From Calcarisporiella thermophila CBS 279.70 (lineage: Eukaryota > Fungi > Calcarisporiellomycota), in assembly GCF_041956535.1 (NCBI RefSeq), contig NW_027192203.1, positions 62,001-126,000 on the forward strand: a stretch of DNA of 64,000 nt, in the 5' to 3' direction. A program made the position numbers and the translations under genes. The notes beneath the pieces are model-generated. The model did not search any database. It had not been told where the DNA came from and saw only the letters and a list, made by a program, of their open reading frames with translations. Shown here piece after piece: positions 12,549 to 24,100 of the stretch; position 1 is the stretch's first letter; every line of letters begins with the position of its first letter.

Positions 12549-13265
12549 GTTTAATCCTTTCGCGCTGACAAACGAACAAGATCTTTTTCCCGTTAGCCAT
12601 TTTTATCATTAAACTTTGAGAAAACGAGTAAGCCAGCGCTTAAATCAATAATTAAGGTCTGGCATTCACCTTGTGGCACCATGCGCCTAAACTCAGCGAC
12701 CACGTGTCTATTCATTCTGAGAAAATCTATTTCTTGCCCCTTGAAACGTGCAACCAAGAACCAAGCAACTGCCTTCCATAGAAGTGAACCAGCGGGCCCC
12801 TATACGGCGAGGCTGAATCTCAGAGCGCTTGTGCGGTTGACAGCGCGAAAGTTAGAACGGACAAATGGAAGCGGCGGTCTGCTAATGTGTGTTTACATGG
12901 AAATGGGCCAAAATGAAAAATTTATATTCAAGGCACGTTTTCCTTCTCGTTTTCATCCTTGTGCGCTCCACAATGTAACCGATAACCTTGTTTATAGTTC
13001 TAGTTTGATTTGACACAAAATTCTAAAAAAAAATACATAAATACGCTGGCCTGGCCCGTTTCCTTCTTTTCTCCGCCTAATTGCCTCAAGTATTCATATT
13101 TTTTTTTAGAACTTTAGCCCCCCCTCCTCTGCTTTTTTATTTTTCTTTTTTTTTCCCCTAATATTTCTTGTTTTCCATCTAGCATTATCTAAATATATAT
13201 CTACATATATATTTACCAGTAGTCTTTTCTCTTCTGATCTCGCTCCTACCGCCCGTTGTATTCAT

Positions 13266-13844
13266 ATGGATATCCAGAGTCTTCTAAATACCAGCGAAGA
13301 GCACTCGGCGGCGGAGGAGCGCCCCTACTTTTGCAGCTGGCAGGGCTGTGACCGCAGCTTTTCGCGTCGAAGCGATCTCTCTCGCCACGAACGGATCCAT
13401 AGCGGCGAGCGCCCCTACCACTGCGACTGGGCCGGCTGCGGTAAGCAGTTCATCCAGCGCAGCGCGCTAACCGTGCACCGCCGAACCCATACGGGAGAGC
13501 GCCCCCACAAATGTGAGTCTTGCACTCGCGCCTTCTCAGACTCCTCTTCGCTGGCGCGGCACCGCCGCACGCACACCGGACGCAAACCTTACGAGTGTCC
13601 CGAGTGTGGCAAGCGTTTCACTCGCCGAACCACCCTGACGCGTCACATGCGTTCCCACGAGGATCGTAGCCGGTGTGAAAGTGCTGAATCCGGCTCTCCT
13701 CCCCCCGAGCCCTTGTCTCCTCCGCCCGCATCCAACTCCATAGTATTTTTGGCCGCCTCTCCCCTCATTCCAGCCCCTGGGTGCTGGTCCCCTCCTATAC
13801 CCAATGCTAAATATCTGCCCTGGTATTCAGCGCAAGTTCGATAG
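13266..13844 (+). CDS. C2H2 zinc-finger transcription factor (4 tandem fingers)
   Basis: Four C2H2 fingers with canonical HSGERPY/HTGERPH/HTGRKPY linkers. N-terminal MDIQSLLN motif. Intronless. Confidence 0.93.
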   Translation: MDIQSLLNTSEEHSAAEERPYFCSWQGCDRSFSRRSDLSRHERIHSGERPYHCDWAGCGKQFIQRSALTVHRRTHTGERPHKCESCTRAFSDSSSLARHRRTHTGRKPYECPECGKRFTRRTTLTRHMRSHEDRSRCESAESGSPPPEPLSPPPASNSIVFLAASPLIPAPGCWSPPIPNAKYLPWYSAQVR

Positions 13845-16411
13845 TTTGTATTTTTTTTAAAAGAAGATTTTCTTCTCATTTCTTTTTCTCTTCTTTTTCA
13901 TTTGTAATATGTCGCCTAACTTGTAAATAGAATATAGATCTTTTCCTACTTCCGTTTCCTTTGTTCTTTGCCTTTTTAATCCCTTTTCTTCTGCCCTTCC
14001 CCTGGGGAGGGCTATCTTCTATATACCTTTTTTGCTCGCTGTATAATGATTCTACACCACAACAATGGATCTTCTATACCAATGAAGGAAAACGACTAGA
14101 GAGGATAAATGTTCATCACTCGAGGTAAAGAGGGAGCGCCTCACGTCTCACACTCGGCGGACATCGACGCTGTTCTCCCTCGTATAAAATTTCATTTTAT
14201 GCATACTCTAAAAATGACTCCTGGTCGTATGCCCGCTATGAGTGGTGGTAGGATCCCGTTGCGTACCTGAGGTGTACGAATTCTAATACAAAAAAGCTTA
14301 ACTCATCTGAGCCATCTTCTGGTTAATACTGGCCGATATGTTGTCATAAGAAGGCTATTTCAACTTAATATTTCTCGAACGGGGTCCGTGCTCAACACAT
14401 GGCATCCGAAGGTTTTCTGAAGTCTAAAGAAGGTTCAGGTGGGGCGAGGAAAATTATACCCGGGTCTATTCGTGTTATGAGCTAAGCCGAAGTATTAGAG
14501 TACAGGCCGGTTGCCTCGAGTGGGTCGCGTTGGGGGGCTTCACAGAACCACAGTATCTCTCGCTTCCAATGGCCTCTTGGTGGCGCAGTATTTTCATATA
14601 TTCTCTTTTATATTGTCGTGTTTCGCGCCTCATCAACAGAAACTAACTTCCAAGTAATACAGCGCTGTTTCCCTCTCACAAAGCAATTCAGAATGCTACT
14701 TCCTTTTCCTCACATTTCCGCCCGCCGACTGGCTCTAAAGAGTCCGCGCGGGATGGTGCCCAATAGTTATTCGCGAGTTACCAAGTGCATAAAATTGTCG
14801 CTCGCTATTCTATGGGAAACTGGCCCATTACATGTGCATTGGCAAGAGATCTGAGAGCATGGAATCCCATCGAACCTGCGATGAAATTAAGTTAGAATTC
14901 AGAACGTGGGTATGACATCTTTCTCGCTCTGCATTTCTGAAGACATACTTGCATGAGTTCTGTGAGATTTGCATTTCAATTCCTATTGTGTTCTTTAATA
15001 ATGCTTTCTATGTGATTGAAGTGTAATGGACATTTAAAATCATATCTATTGAAGCTAAGGAATCAGTAGATGGAGAGCTGAAGCTGGCTTGCCTATGTCC
15101 ATGGGGGGATCTTGGGCAAGTTCAAAAGGAGAAGGGATACCTGTACCAATTCCCGGCTATTGCTCCTTCGTCGTCCCAGTTCACTCAATAAACTAGACTA
15201 TAATATCCGCTTAAGGCAAGGGCAATTTCGTGGGGGTAATGCTTGGTGCTGCTTAGAAAAGTCAATGTCCGTTCCGATACTCTCAAATTTGTTCAGATCT
15301 GCTGGACAAATCTAAAGTATTCATATTGACTTAAGTTTGGATTTGGAGTTTATCCAGTGCTCTATAAATATCAAATTGGAGCTCTGAAACCTTCGCTACC
15401 TAGCAGAATGGCTTATATTTATATGGTATTCCTGCCCATTTTCTTATTAGGGACATTAGAAATGGTCGTGGAAGCTTTCGGTTAGGTACTCTAATTTCAC
15501 GCTGTGCTTGTGACTCATACAATAAGATTCGCCCTGTGGGCTGTAGAATATATTCTCACTAAAGTGCGAACCATTGTTTGCACGCTGCTTTTGGCTCTCT
15601 TGTTTTCCATTTCTTAATTTTATTTATTTTTTTTTTTAGTTTTTCCTATTACTTGCGTTTGCATATACTTGTATTATCACATCAATTTTGGGGACCATTG
15701 GTGATTTTAAACACAATAATCTTGACATCCCTACCTTTACCAATAGTCTCCAATTCTTTGATAAAGTAATCGTCAGCACTCTCTAATTCGACGATTCTCA
15801 CCATAGAATTTTGAAGGGCAAAGATCAATGTTGTGTCTGTCCAGGATCCAAAAGTCGAGAACATTCCTCGAGAACTTTACCAAGGTGAGTTCTACTAGAT
15901 GGTTAAGAATAAGATCGACCTCGTTTAGCCCGCGGGATCTCGATCATAGCTAGATGGAAGGTTGGTTGATTTCATTTTGGTAGTTTTCGAGAGGAGATCG
16001 GAGGCTCGATCATTAAGCTAATTTCGTGGAGACCCTATGTTGAGCATCCCGCGGCATTAATATCATGCAGTGCAGGTTAGGTTTTGTTGGGTGCGTTTCT
16101 TTGTTCCATCCCTTTGTAGCTGTCCCGTGGTGAGTGGATTTTTTTTGTTACTTTTTTATTTCAAAGGAAGCTCAGGTCTAGCCTTCAATTTATCTTAGTA
16201 GTGTTCAAATAAATTCTGGTGAATGGTTTTATTGCCTTAGAAATGCAGGCGATAATGTTAATAAAAAGAGGGACTAGCCAATATCACCTTAATAATGCAA
16301 CCTGCCATTAAGTTTAAATCAATAATAACGCCCATGGATACAAAAAATGAATAAAAACCCTCGTTCTTCCTAAGGAGCGAGAACATATATATCCATAATA
16401 GCAGTTCTCGA

Positions 16412-17502
16412 CTATTCACGGGGGATCTGTGAACGCCTGACATTGCCCTTGACCCCTCCCTGAAGACTCACATTCTCGGTACCTATCAATTCGGTGTGCA
16501 CCCTCTCGATGCTCTTGAAGTATTTCACGGTTTTGACATGAAGTTCCAGCGTGGCATCCTCGTCGCACACTATCATGCCTTTGGGGTGTTTTTGGATGGC
16601 CGACACAGTCCACATATGGTTTACGCCATCCTCTATGCACTTGGCGAGTGCAATGGACTTGTGAGCTCCCGTGATGAGGACGACCACTTCGCGCGCATCC
16701 ATCACGGTTCTATCGTAAGCATCGTAACTGGTCGTTAAATCAATCTATGCGGGCGTGACTATGCCAATTCTCCACTTACCCTACTCCCACCGTCAGCGCC
16801 AAGGCGGGCACCTTGGAAAGATCGTTGTCAAAGAACCGAGCATTGGCTAGAATGGTCTCGTAGGCCAGTGTCTTGACGCGAGTGCGAGAGGTCAGCGAGG
16901 ACCCCGGTTCATTGAACGCTATATGTCCGTCCGGACCAATCCCTCCGAGGAACAGCTCGATCCCCCCAGCTTGCCTTATCTTCTCTTCGAATTGTTGGCA
17001 CTCTGCATCGAGGTCAGTCGCGTTGCCATCGAGGATATGTACATTTTGGGGTAAGATGTCGACGTGCTTGAACAGATGTTCCCACATGAAAGTGTGGTAT
17101 GACTGGGGATGTTCCCTGCAAAGCACCAGCCACACTCATGTTAGCACAACCTTCATTTCGAACGACTTTCTGGTTAAACTATACCGAGGAAGCCCAACAT
17201 ATTCGTCCATGTTAAATGTAACTACGTTAGCAAAAGAGAGCTCGCCGTTCTTGTTCATTTCCACGAGCTTCCTGTAGCATCCGATGGGCGAGGAACCCGT
17301 GGGCAGCCCCAAGACGAAGGGCCGTTCAGGGGTGGGGTTGAACTGGACTATTCTTTCCTTTATGTAATTCGCTTTGGTTGAAATGAGCAGTTTAGCAGAG
17401 TCGGCGCAGGTCATTACACATTCTCATTCCTCCATCAGGACTTGTTCCCTTACCGGTGTATTCGGCCACAGCGTCGTAATCCGCACGTATAATGAGTCTC
17501 AT
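16412..17502 (-). CDS. NAG1: Glucosamine-6-phosphate deaminase (4 exons)
   Basis: MRLIIR..., [71 protein letters not shown]. Confidence 0.97.
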
Positions 17503-18037
17503 GGTTCGAATTCCAATGCCTGTGTATATTCAATAAATAGTGGTAAGAGCAAAACAGGCATACTCGAGCAAGAAAAGGAAAGTGATTTAAAATGTGTGGT
17601 GATAAAGCGCCCTGATTGGCCCGAGATCGGATGAGAGGGGATTGGGCGAAGATTATCTGGGTTGGGGAGGCAAGATCGACAAGGCAAGGACACCGAGGTT
17701 CCTCAGCGTGCTATGATATTTCACGATAATGACCAACCTTGAACCAGCATCACGGCCCACACACTCCAGCACGTGCGGCCGTAGGCTTGAACCTCAAATC
17801 TTGCTCCGATCCTACTCCCCTTGCACATCTGATCACACGCGATCCGAGTTTATTCTCGAGGGCACCCTAGTGCAACTACAATCTGGGGCAATGAGCAAGA
17901 TTTGTACAGACTGCCAAAAGCAATGATATTTTCATTTTATAGATTAAAAAATAAAGCTAGTGTATGTAGATAGTACAAGAGTAAACATGCAAAGAAGATA
18001 TTTAAGCAGAAAAAAACTGTCTCGTATGCGCGGTTTC

Positions 18038-18678
18038 CTATGTGTCTTCCACCGCCAATTCAAACTGGTCGATCTCGAGGAAGTGAGTTTTCAATTGTTC
18101 AAACCGCTCTCGTTGCTATGTGAAATAGTCAGAGTGAATGATTAGGGATGGCTTTAACAATTCAAGCGTCAATTTGTAAATACTACCTCATCACTTATCT
18201 CAAATGCTCCCTTGTCGTCTTCATTCTCATCAGATTCTGCTTCCTCCTCTCTACTCTCGTTATTCAATGAATTTCTGTTTTCTACATCGGTCGACCCCAC
18301 AGCTTCTCTTCTTCTCCGTGGCAATTCGAGTATTCTCTGCATGGTTGGAGACTGTTTGTTCTTCAGGACGTTAGTCCCTGTCGCTGATCTTCTCCTCGGC
18401 GTCTGTGGCTTCTTATGATCTCTCAGCAGATGCTCTTGTTGAAGCTCACTCTCTTCCACCTGTGGAACTACTTCCTGTTGCATCTGCTGCTTTGTGAGCA
18501 AACGGCGGCGTCGTACATCATTCACCATGCCCATGGTGCGTGATACTTCATTTTGTGGAGGAGGAGCAGCAGCTCTCTTTTGTTTTCGAGGAGAGATTTT
18601 GCTGATTTTACTCGGAACTATCTGGTCTTCCTCGTCGTCTACAATCCGTTTTCGTCTGGATCTTAAGGGGGAGGACAT
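18038..18678 (-). CDS. Sororin-like cohesin regulator (Sor1/CDCA5 C-terminal motif), 2 exons
   Basis: Basic, disordered N-terminal exon. After a GT-AG intron (about 18118-18186) the last exon reads QRERFEQLKTHFLEIDQFELAVEDT*, matching the Sororin C-terminal F-x-E-[VI]-D-x-F-x-L-x-x-E pattern. Confidence 0.7.
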
Positions 18679-18800
18679 TTTGTTTATGGCTGATTTCAAT
18701 GGTTCAAACGAATTCCAACTTTTGAATTATGTATAATTATAGGTTGGCACCAACGGCCGTGAGTGGTTTTATATTAACCAATTTCGGGGGGAAAAAGCTT

Positions 18801-18821
18801 AACGCGAAATTTTTTCGCGTT
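18801..18821. promoter_or_regulatory. Palindromic pair of SCB/E2F-like elements (AACGCGAAA-N3-TTTCGCGTT)
   Basis: Perfect 9-bp inverted repeat containing CGCGAAA on both strands, about 120 bp upstream of the Sororin-like ATG. Confidence 0.55.
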
Positions 18822-19346
18822 GAGAGCAGTCACTGGGCAAGCTAAAATTTTTCAATTTAGCTAATTAGTATGACTCAAAAAAGCGTGTTTCTCTCAACAC
18901 GTTACTTGGTCTACAGCCATTAATGAGATTATGCAAGATACCTCTTATATAGAGTGATTGTAATGAGATTCTAATAATAAGGGCCACAGCCTAACGAACA
19001 ATGCCATAAATGAATTCTACTCTACGCATTGCTGTTCAAATGTTCGAATTGCTCGATTGTGTTGAGCCAATCACTCCAATCTGTATGATCTTTGCCGTTT
19101 TTTTTCTTTCAAAAACACAAGTCATCCACACATCAAATACAAAAATGAAGGCCAGCTATTTCCAGATCAAAGAGTTAAAAGCTCTGCTGTTTTCCATATA
19201 AAAGCTAGGACAGTTGAAATGGATATATACTCATTGAATTCAGATATTTGAATTTACAATATACAATGTGAGACAACGAAAAACAGACATATTCACACTC
19301 TTTTGGCAGACAGATAAGAAAGGGTATCTTGGGGCAGTGACCGGAA

Positions 19347-19894
19347 TTAACGGATTGCTTTTTCCAAGGCATCGAGATTCGATTTTATTGTTTTTCTATG
19401 TTGTAGTTAATTGATTAATCTCTAAATCCATTTGAGGCATCTTAACAACACTTACATTTGGGCTGCTAATATTTCCACCCCGCTCATATCCTTGTCAAGT
19501 TGATCACATCGCGTGATGAGCTCCAAGGCGCGCGCGGTTGCGGAATCCACTGTCTCACACCATGAATTGGTTGCATCGAAAAAAGCATCGAAAGAATTTC
19601 GCGTTTGTGTCGACATCTGAAAATAAAATGGAGAGTTAGCAGTGGCCGGGAGCAATCGAGAGGGGTCAAATATTCGAGCATGCGGATCTCCACTCTCCAT
19701 CGGCAAACTTTTCCTACCTCGAGCATTTCGCTCCGCAACTGATCTAGTAACGCGTCTAGTGACTCGGCCACGGCTCGAGCTTCTTCCTCAATCTGCTCGA
19801 CGAGATGCGGGTCAATGGGCACTTTATGCCCCACCAAGTTGGAGGTGGAAGTGGAGGGCTGTGCATCGAGAGTATTTGAATCGGAGGACTGCAT
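19347..19894 (-). CDS. BORC subunit 6 (BORCS6/Lyspersin-like), 3 exons
   Basis: Spliced protein PIDPHLVEQIEEEARAVAESLDALLDQLRSEMLE|MSTQT...LITRCDQLDKDMSGVEILAAQI|KTIKSNLDALEKAIR* resembles the BORCS6 C-terminal coiled-coil domain (PIDP..L...ARCEEL...LA.Q.R.I...LE). Confidence 0.75.
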
Positions 19895-20263
19895 TTTGGT
19901 CTTTTTTTTTATATTTTTTATATTTTTCCTCAGTTAGTATCTTATATGGCGATATAGGTTCGAGATCCCCTATCTGTTATGATTAAAAGATCGCCCTCAA
20001 CATATGCATTTACACGAGGGAATAAGGATGGTCTAATCACAAGACTGCCGTAGCCATCCTATAACCTTATTTTATCCAAGGCCATGGTGGTAGTTTTGAA
20101 CACCCTCCCAATAACCCTCATCCTTTAAGAGGCAAGCGTACTTCTCGCCCTCTCTCCACTACCTCCCCCTTTTTCTTCATCCTGTAATTGCCATCTTTTT
20201 AATTCCTCCAAATCCATTCGTCGTTTTTCATAATGTCGGTTTACTCGCCCATTCGCCTCTGAC

Positions 20264-20851
20264 ATGGAAAACTTTCGTAAGTACGCCAATGCTTGGGACA
20301 CGCCGGATATTCTCGCCTCCGTGCCAGGCATGAACGACGAATGGCGTGATAACTCACCCATTTCGTCGCCGCGTGTAAGATCACCGACTAATTTTGACAA
20401 TGTGCCAACCACCCCTCTGTTCTCCATATCCTCCGCCTCCCCCCCTGGCGTAAAATCACAAACATCGCTTCCTTTTCCGACGGGCCCCCCTCACCGACCC
20501 AACTTTTCTGACAAGCTCCCGAAGCCTTTCACCGCCGATCTCGCCGAGTGGGAACAAGAGGTTGAGCGACGCCAGGAGGAGATGGCTCGGAGAACTCGAG
20601 GGCGACTACGGCTTCCCCCTCGAATATCCGCCGTTCTCCAGGTAGAGAATACACTTAAGGAGCCGCCGGCCACGCATGACCCACTAGCTACGCGAGAGAC
20701 AGGCGTACAGGCGACAGACGAGAATATCGAGGCACTTTTGCTACCGCCACCCGTCTCTTTGGCCACTGCCTCTTCTGCTTCAAAAAAACGGGATAATTCG
20801 CTCTATCGGAGGTACCGATGGGATACCGATGAGCTATTAGGCTTGAAATAG
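20264..20851 (+). CDS. Hypothetical protein (195 aa)
   Basis: Intact ATG-initiated ORF between two recognisable genes, followed by a pyrimidine/AT-rich 3' region. Contains YANAWD and YRWD motifs. Confidence 0.7.
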   Translation: MENFRKYANAWDTPDILASVPGMNDEWRDNSPISSPRVRSPTNFDNVPTTPLFSISSASPPGVKSQTSLPFPTGPPHRPNFSDKLPKPFTADLAEWEQEVERRQEEMARRTRGRLRLPPRISAVLQVENTLKEPPATHDPLATRETGVQATDENIEALLLPPPVSLATASSASKKRDNSLYRRYRWDTDELLGLK

Positions 20852-21102
20852 GTGGAATACTGAGCATGCTTCTCTATTTTTTTTTACATCCAACGATACC
20901 CCCTCTCCCTCTGCCCCCTCATCTCTCTCTCCCTCCCCTTGCATTGATCTCCACCCTCTTGTGCGATGCCTTATACAGTTTACCTTCACTATTTCTCTTT
21001 TTGTTTTCATTTCTTTTGCATTTCTTTTTCTGGTATTATTTTATTGAGATAGCACTATACGGTATATACAATTAATCGACAATATAAAGGGAAAAAAATT
21101 AA

Positions 21103-24100
21103 TCACAATTCCAACTCCTCTCTCCCCTCCTGAAGCCACTCTGGCCAATGTGGAACATGGCCGACAATGGCGTCGAGCACTTCGAGCCATCGGTCACGCT
21201 CCGCATCGTCGTCAAGATAAAAGTCGATGCGCTCCCCATTGGCGAACACGAGGCGGAAGCTGTGCGCCACGGGGAGCTCCTCGACATCATCGAACTGCTT
21301 TGATCGAAGGGAGGTTGTGGAGGAGGCGGTGGACGAGGTAAAGGAGGAGAGGGTGGAGGATGACGTGACCATGATACTGCGATGTTTCTGGCCGGGGGGA
21401 AGTGGCGGGAGGGCGGCGGCAAACTGCACCGACACCGGCCGCCCCGTCGTGTAATCTGCCGCGGCGTCAGGCTCTGTTTCGTGGGCGGGGGCGGAATTGG
21501 CCGTCGCCCCCGTGATCACGGACACCGCCTGGCTCACGTCGATTCCTGCGCGTGGAAGCAGGGTGGCCTCGTGATAGGCAAGTAATCGGGCCCCCACCAG
21601 GCGATAGTACCGTCGTCTCCAGTACTTCAGATCCCCGCCCATTTGCGTCATATAGCCGGACTGCCAGCACATGAGGTGCCAGCGGCGGATATTGAGCGCC
21701 TCCTGGCATTCGGTGAGTCTCTTGGGTAACGACGGGTCCATCTACACAGTGGGCAAATCAAAAATGACAAACATTGCAATCGGTCAGTGAATAAAATCTC
21801 GCCCCATCCACTCAAATCATGTCCTACCCCGTCTACTCCTGGCAGATAAAACATTTGGACGCCCAGCGTTCCCACCTTCTTTGGCCGAACCTGGGGCAGC
21901 ACCTGCAGGTTCTTCGTCGCGCCAAATTTCCTGCTCCCCGACGGGTCCGCCCCATGCCAGTCATTCTGGCAGTCGAATGCGACGGAGCACATGGTTGTGC
22001 GGCATTTCGGCAGCAGTGCATTGAAGGGAACACGTGACAGCGCGATCGCCTGCGAGTCGCGGTCAATGTAGGAGGAGATGTGGTCGGCAAGCTTCTTGGG
22101 TGAGGAGAAGACTCGAGAGAGTGCGCCGGGGGGTTTGGTATGGCTGTCGGGGCGAACGTGGAAGCTTATTGTGAGCACGGTTCCGGGGTGAGCGGAGCTA
22201 GAGGAGAGAAATGGTCCCCAAGGGATGATGGCGTCTTTAGCATCTGGTCTCACAACAGAAAAAAAAAAACGGCGTACAAGGGGAGAATGGTGTTCAGCAC
22301 TTACATGATAAACTCGTGGTGAATGTCTGTTCGGCTTCCTAGGGACACATACTCGCTCTGGTACTGGTGGGTTCCGTCGCTGAGCACACAGCGCACCATG
22401 GTTTTCTCTTTTGGCAAAGGAAGCGTGACGTGCTCCAGCGTCAACACGCGGATGTACAGTCGACCAAACTGATCGCGGATACGCGCATCGGACAAGCGCT
22501 GCTTCAACGACATGCGCTTATACCGGCTGAAGGTGCCAAATTTCTCCGGGTCCTTCACCGTCTTCCAAACCGGCCTGCTTTCTATCCTGTCGCTCCATCT
22601 AGGCTTCACCTCCTCACTCTCCTCGCCGCTGTCCTTCATCTTCTCATCCTCCACCTCCACCAAGGCTTCTGGGCTCATTAGGTGCAGGACGTGGGAGTTT
22701 CTTCGCTGGATATAGGATCGCGGCCGCTCGCCCTCGAGAATGCGGTCAAACGAGTCGAGCAGGTAGTCCTGGAAGCTACGAGACATGCGTCGCTGTGGGA
22801 CCTCGAGTATGTACCGCCGCGCTTCACGCTCCTGTAGTTGGTTCTGCCGTTCGGAGAGTCCTTCGGTATAGGTCAACCGCTTGAGGCGTTTCTAAAAATA
22901 AAACAGCCCTTAAGTATCTTCGCCTCCACAATTGGATGCGCTAAAGCAAAATCACTAAAACTTAAAAAAAAATAATAATCACATTATTCATGATTGCATT
23001 TCTTCTCTCCTCCTCCTCTTCGTCCTCCGGGGTCTCCTCTCGCTGTTTCGCCTTCTCTGCAATCAACTTCTGCCGACGCCATTCCGCAAGGCTCTGCGGA
23101 GGGTTGTATTTGGAGCGTTTCGGCAAATGGGCATCATTGTTTGCGCTGGCTGATTCACCAGGAGCGTGTGCTTCGGAAGCATTTTCCTTGGGAACTTGAT
23201 CGAAGTTGGCCGGCAATGATGCATGTTTAGATTCTGGGGAGTCTTCCTTCTTCTCTTGATCTACACCGGCCTCTTCTTGTTCCTCAATCGGAAAATTGGA
23301 AGCGGAGGTGTCCTCCCCATTCAAGGATTCCTCTTTACGCTTTTTGGACTCTGCTTCGTGGACCTGGACCATCTCGTCGCTTGTATTCATGGAATCCGGC
23401 TGGGGTTCACTCGTTACCTCTCCCCCACCAAGTACCTCCATGTCCTCTTCTCCACTCGTCTCCTCCTTCTCCACCTCGAACCCATTATCCGACACTACAT
23501 TCCCCTTTCCGTCCATAGCAACCATATTCCCGCTCACTCTCCGCCTGAAGTTTGCATTCTTTGCAAACATCTTCCCAAAGAGCGGGAGTGCCTCGAAGGT
23601 TTCTGTTTCTTCGGCCGCGTCATCGTCAACCTGGGCGGAGCTCGGCGCTAACGGCGGGGGTAAGGCCATGGAGTCTCTTGTTTTGCGCCTCTCAGCAAGA
23701 CGCGAGAGAACATCTGACCTGCTGATGCGGGTCCGTGTGGGAGAATCGAATTTGGTGGGGGAGCTGTCCAGACGGGTGAGTGTGATACTGCGTTGAGGTG
23801 GCATACTGACTGCTTCAGCTTCGGATTCTCTCGGGAGAGACCCGAAGTAACTAACAGGCCGCGGCTTCCCCTCTAGTTCGTCTCGCGTGGGAAGTTCATT
23901 TCCGGAACTCGGTTTATCATCATGGATCGATTGGGCATCCGCCTCCGACGTCTGCGGCACCGACGATTCTCCTCCCCCCTCTGCTTTGCATTTCGGATGT
24001 AGGGGGGGCGGCGATCTGTACGATTCTACACCTCCGCCATTGGCTCTTTCAGCTCCGCTCACAGCTTCTTTCTGAGGACTCCTGCTTCGGCTCACCCTCG

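Noticed and set aside
16412-17502. Possible GlcNAc catabolic (NAG) gene cluster
   Set aside because: No deacetylase, hexokinase or transporter gene nearby.
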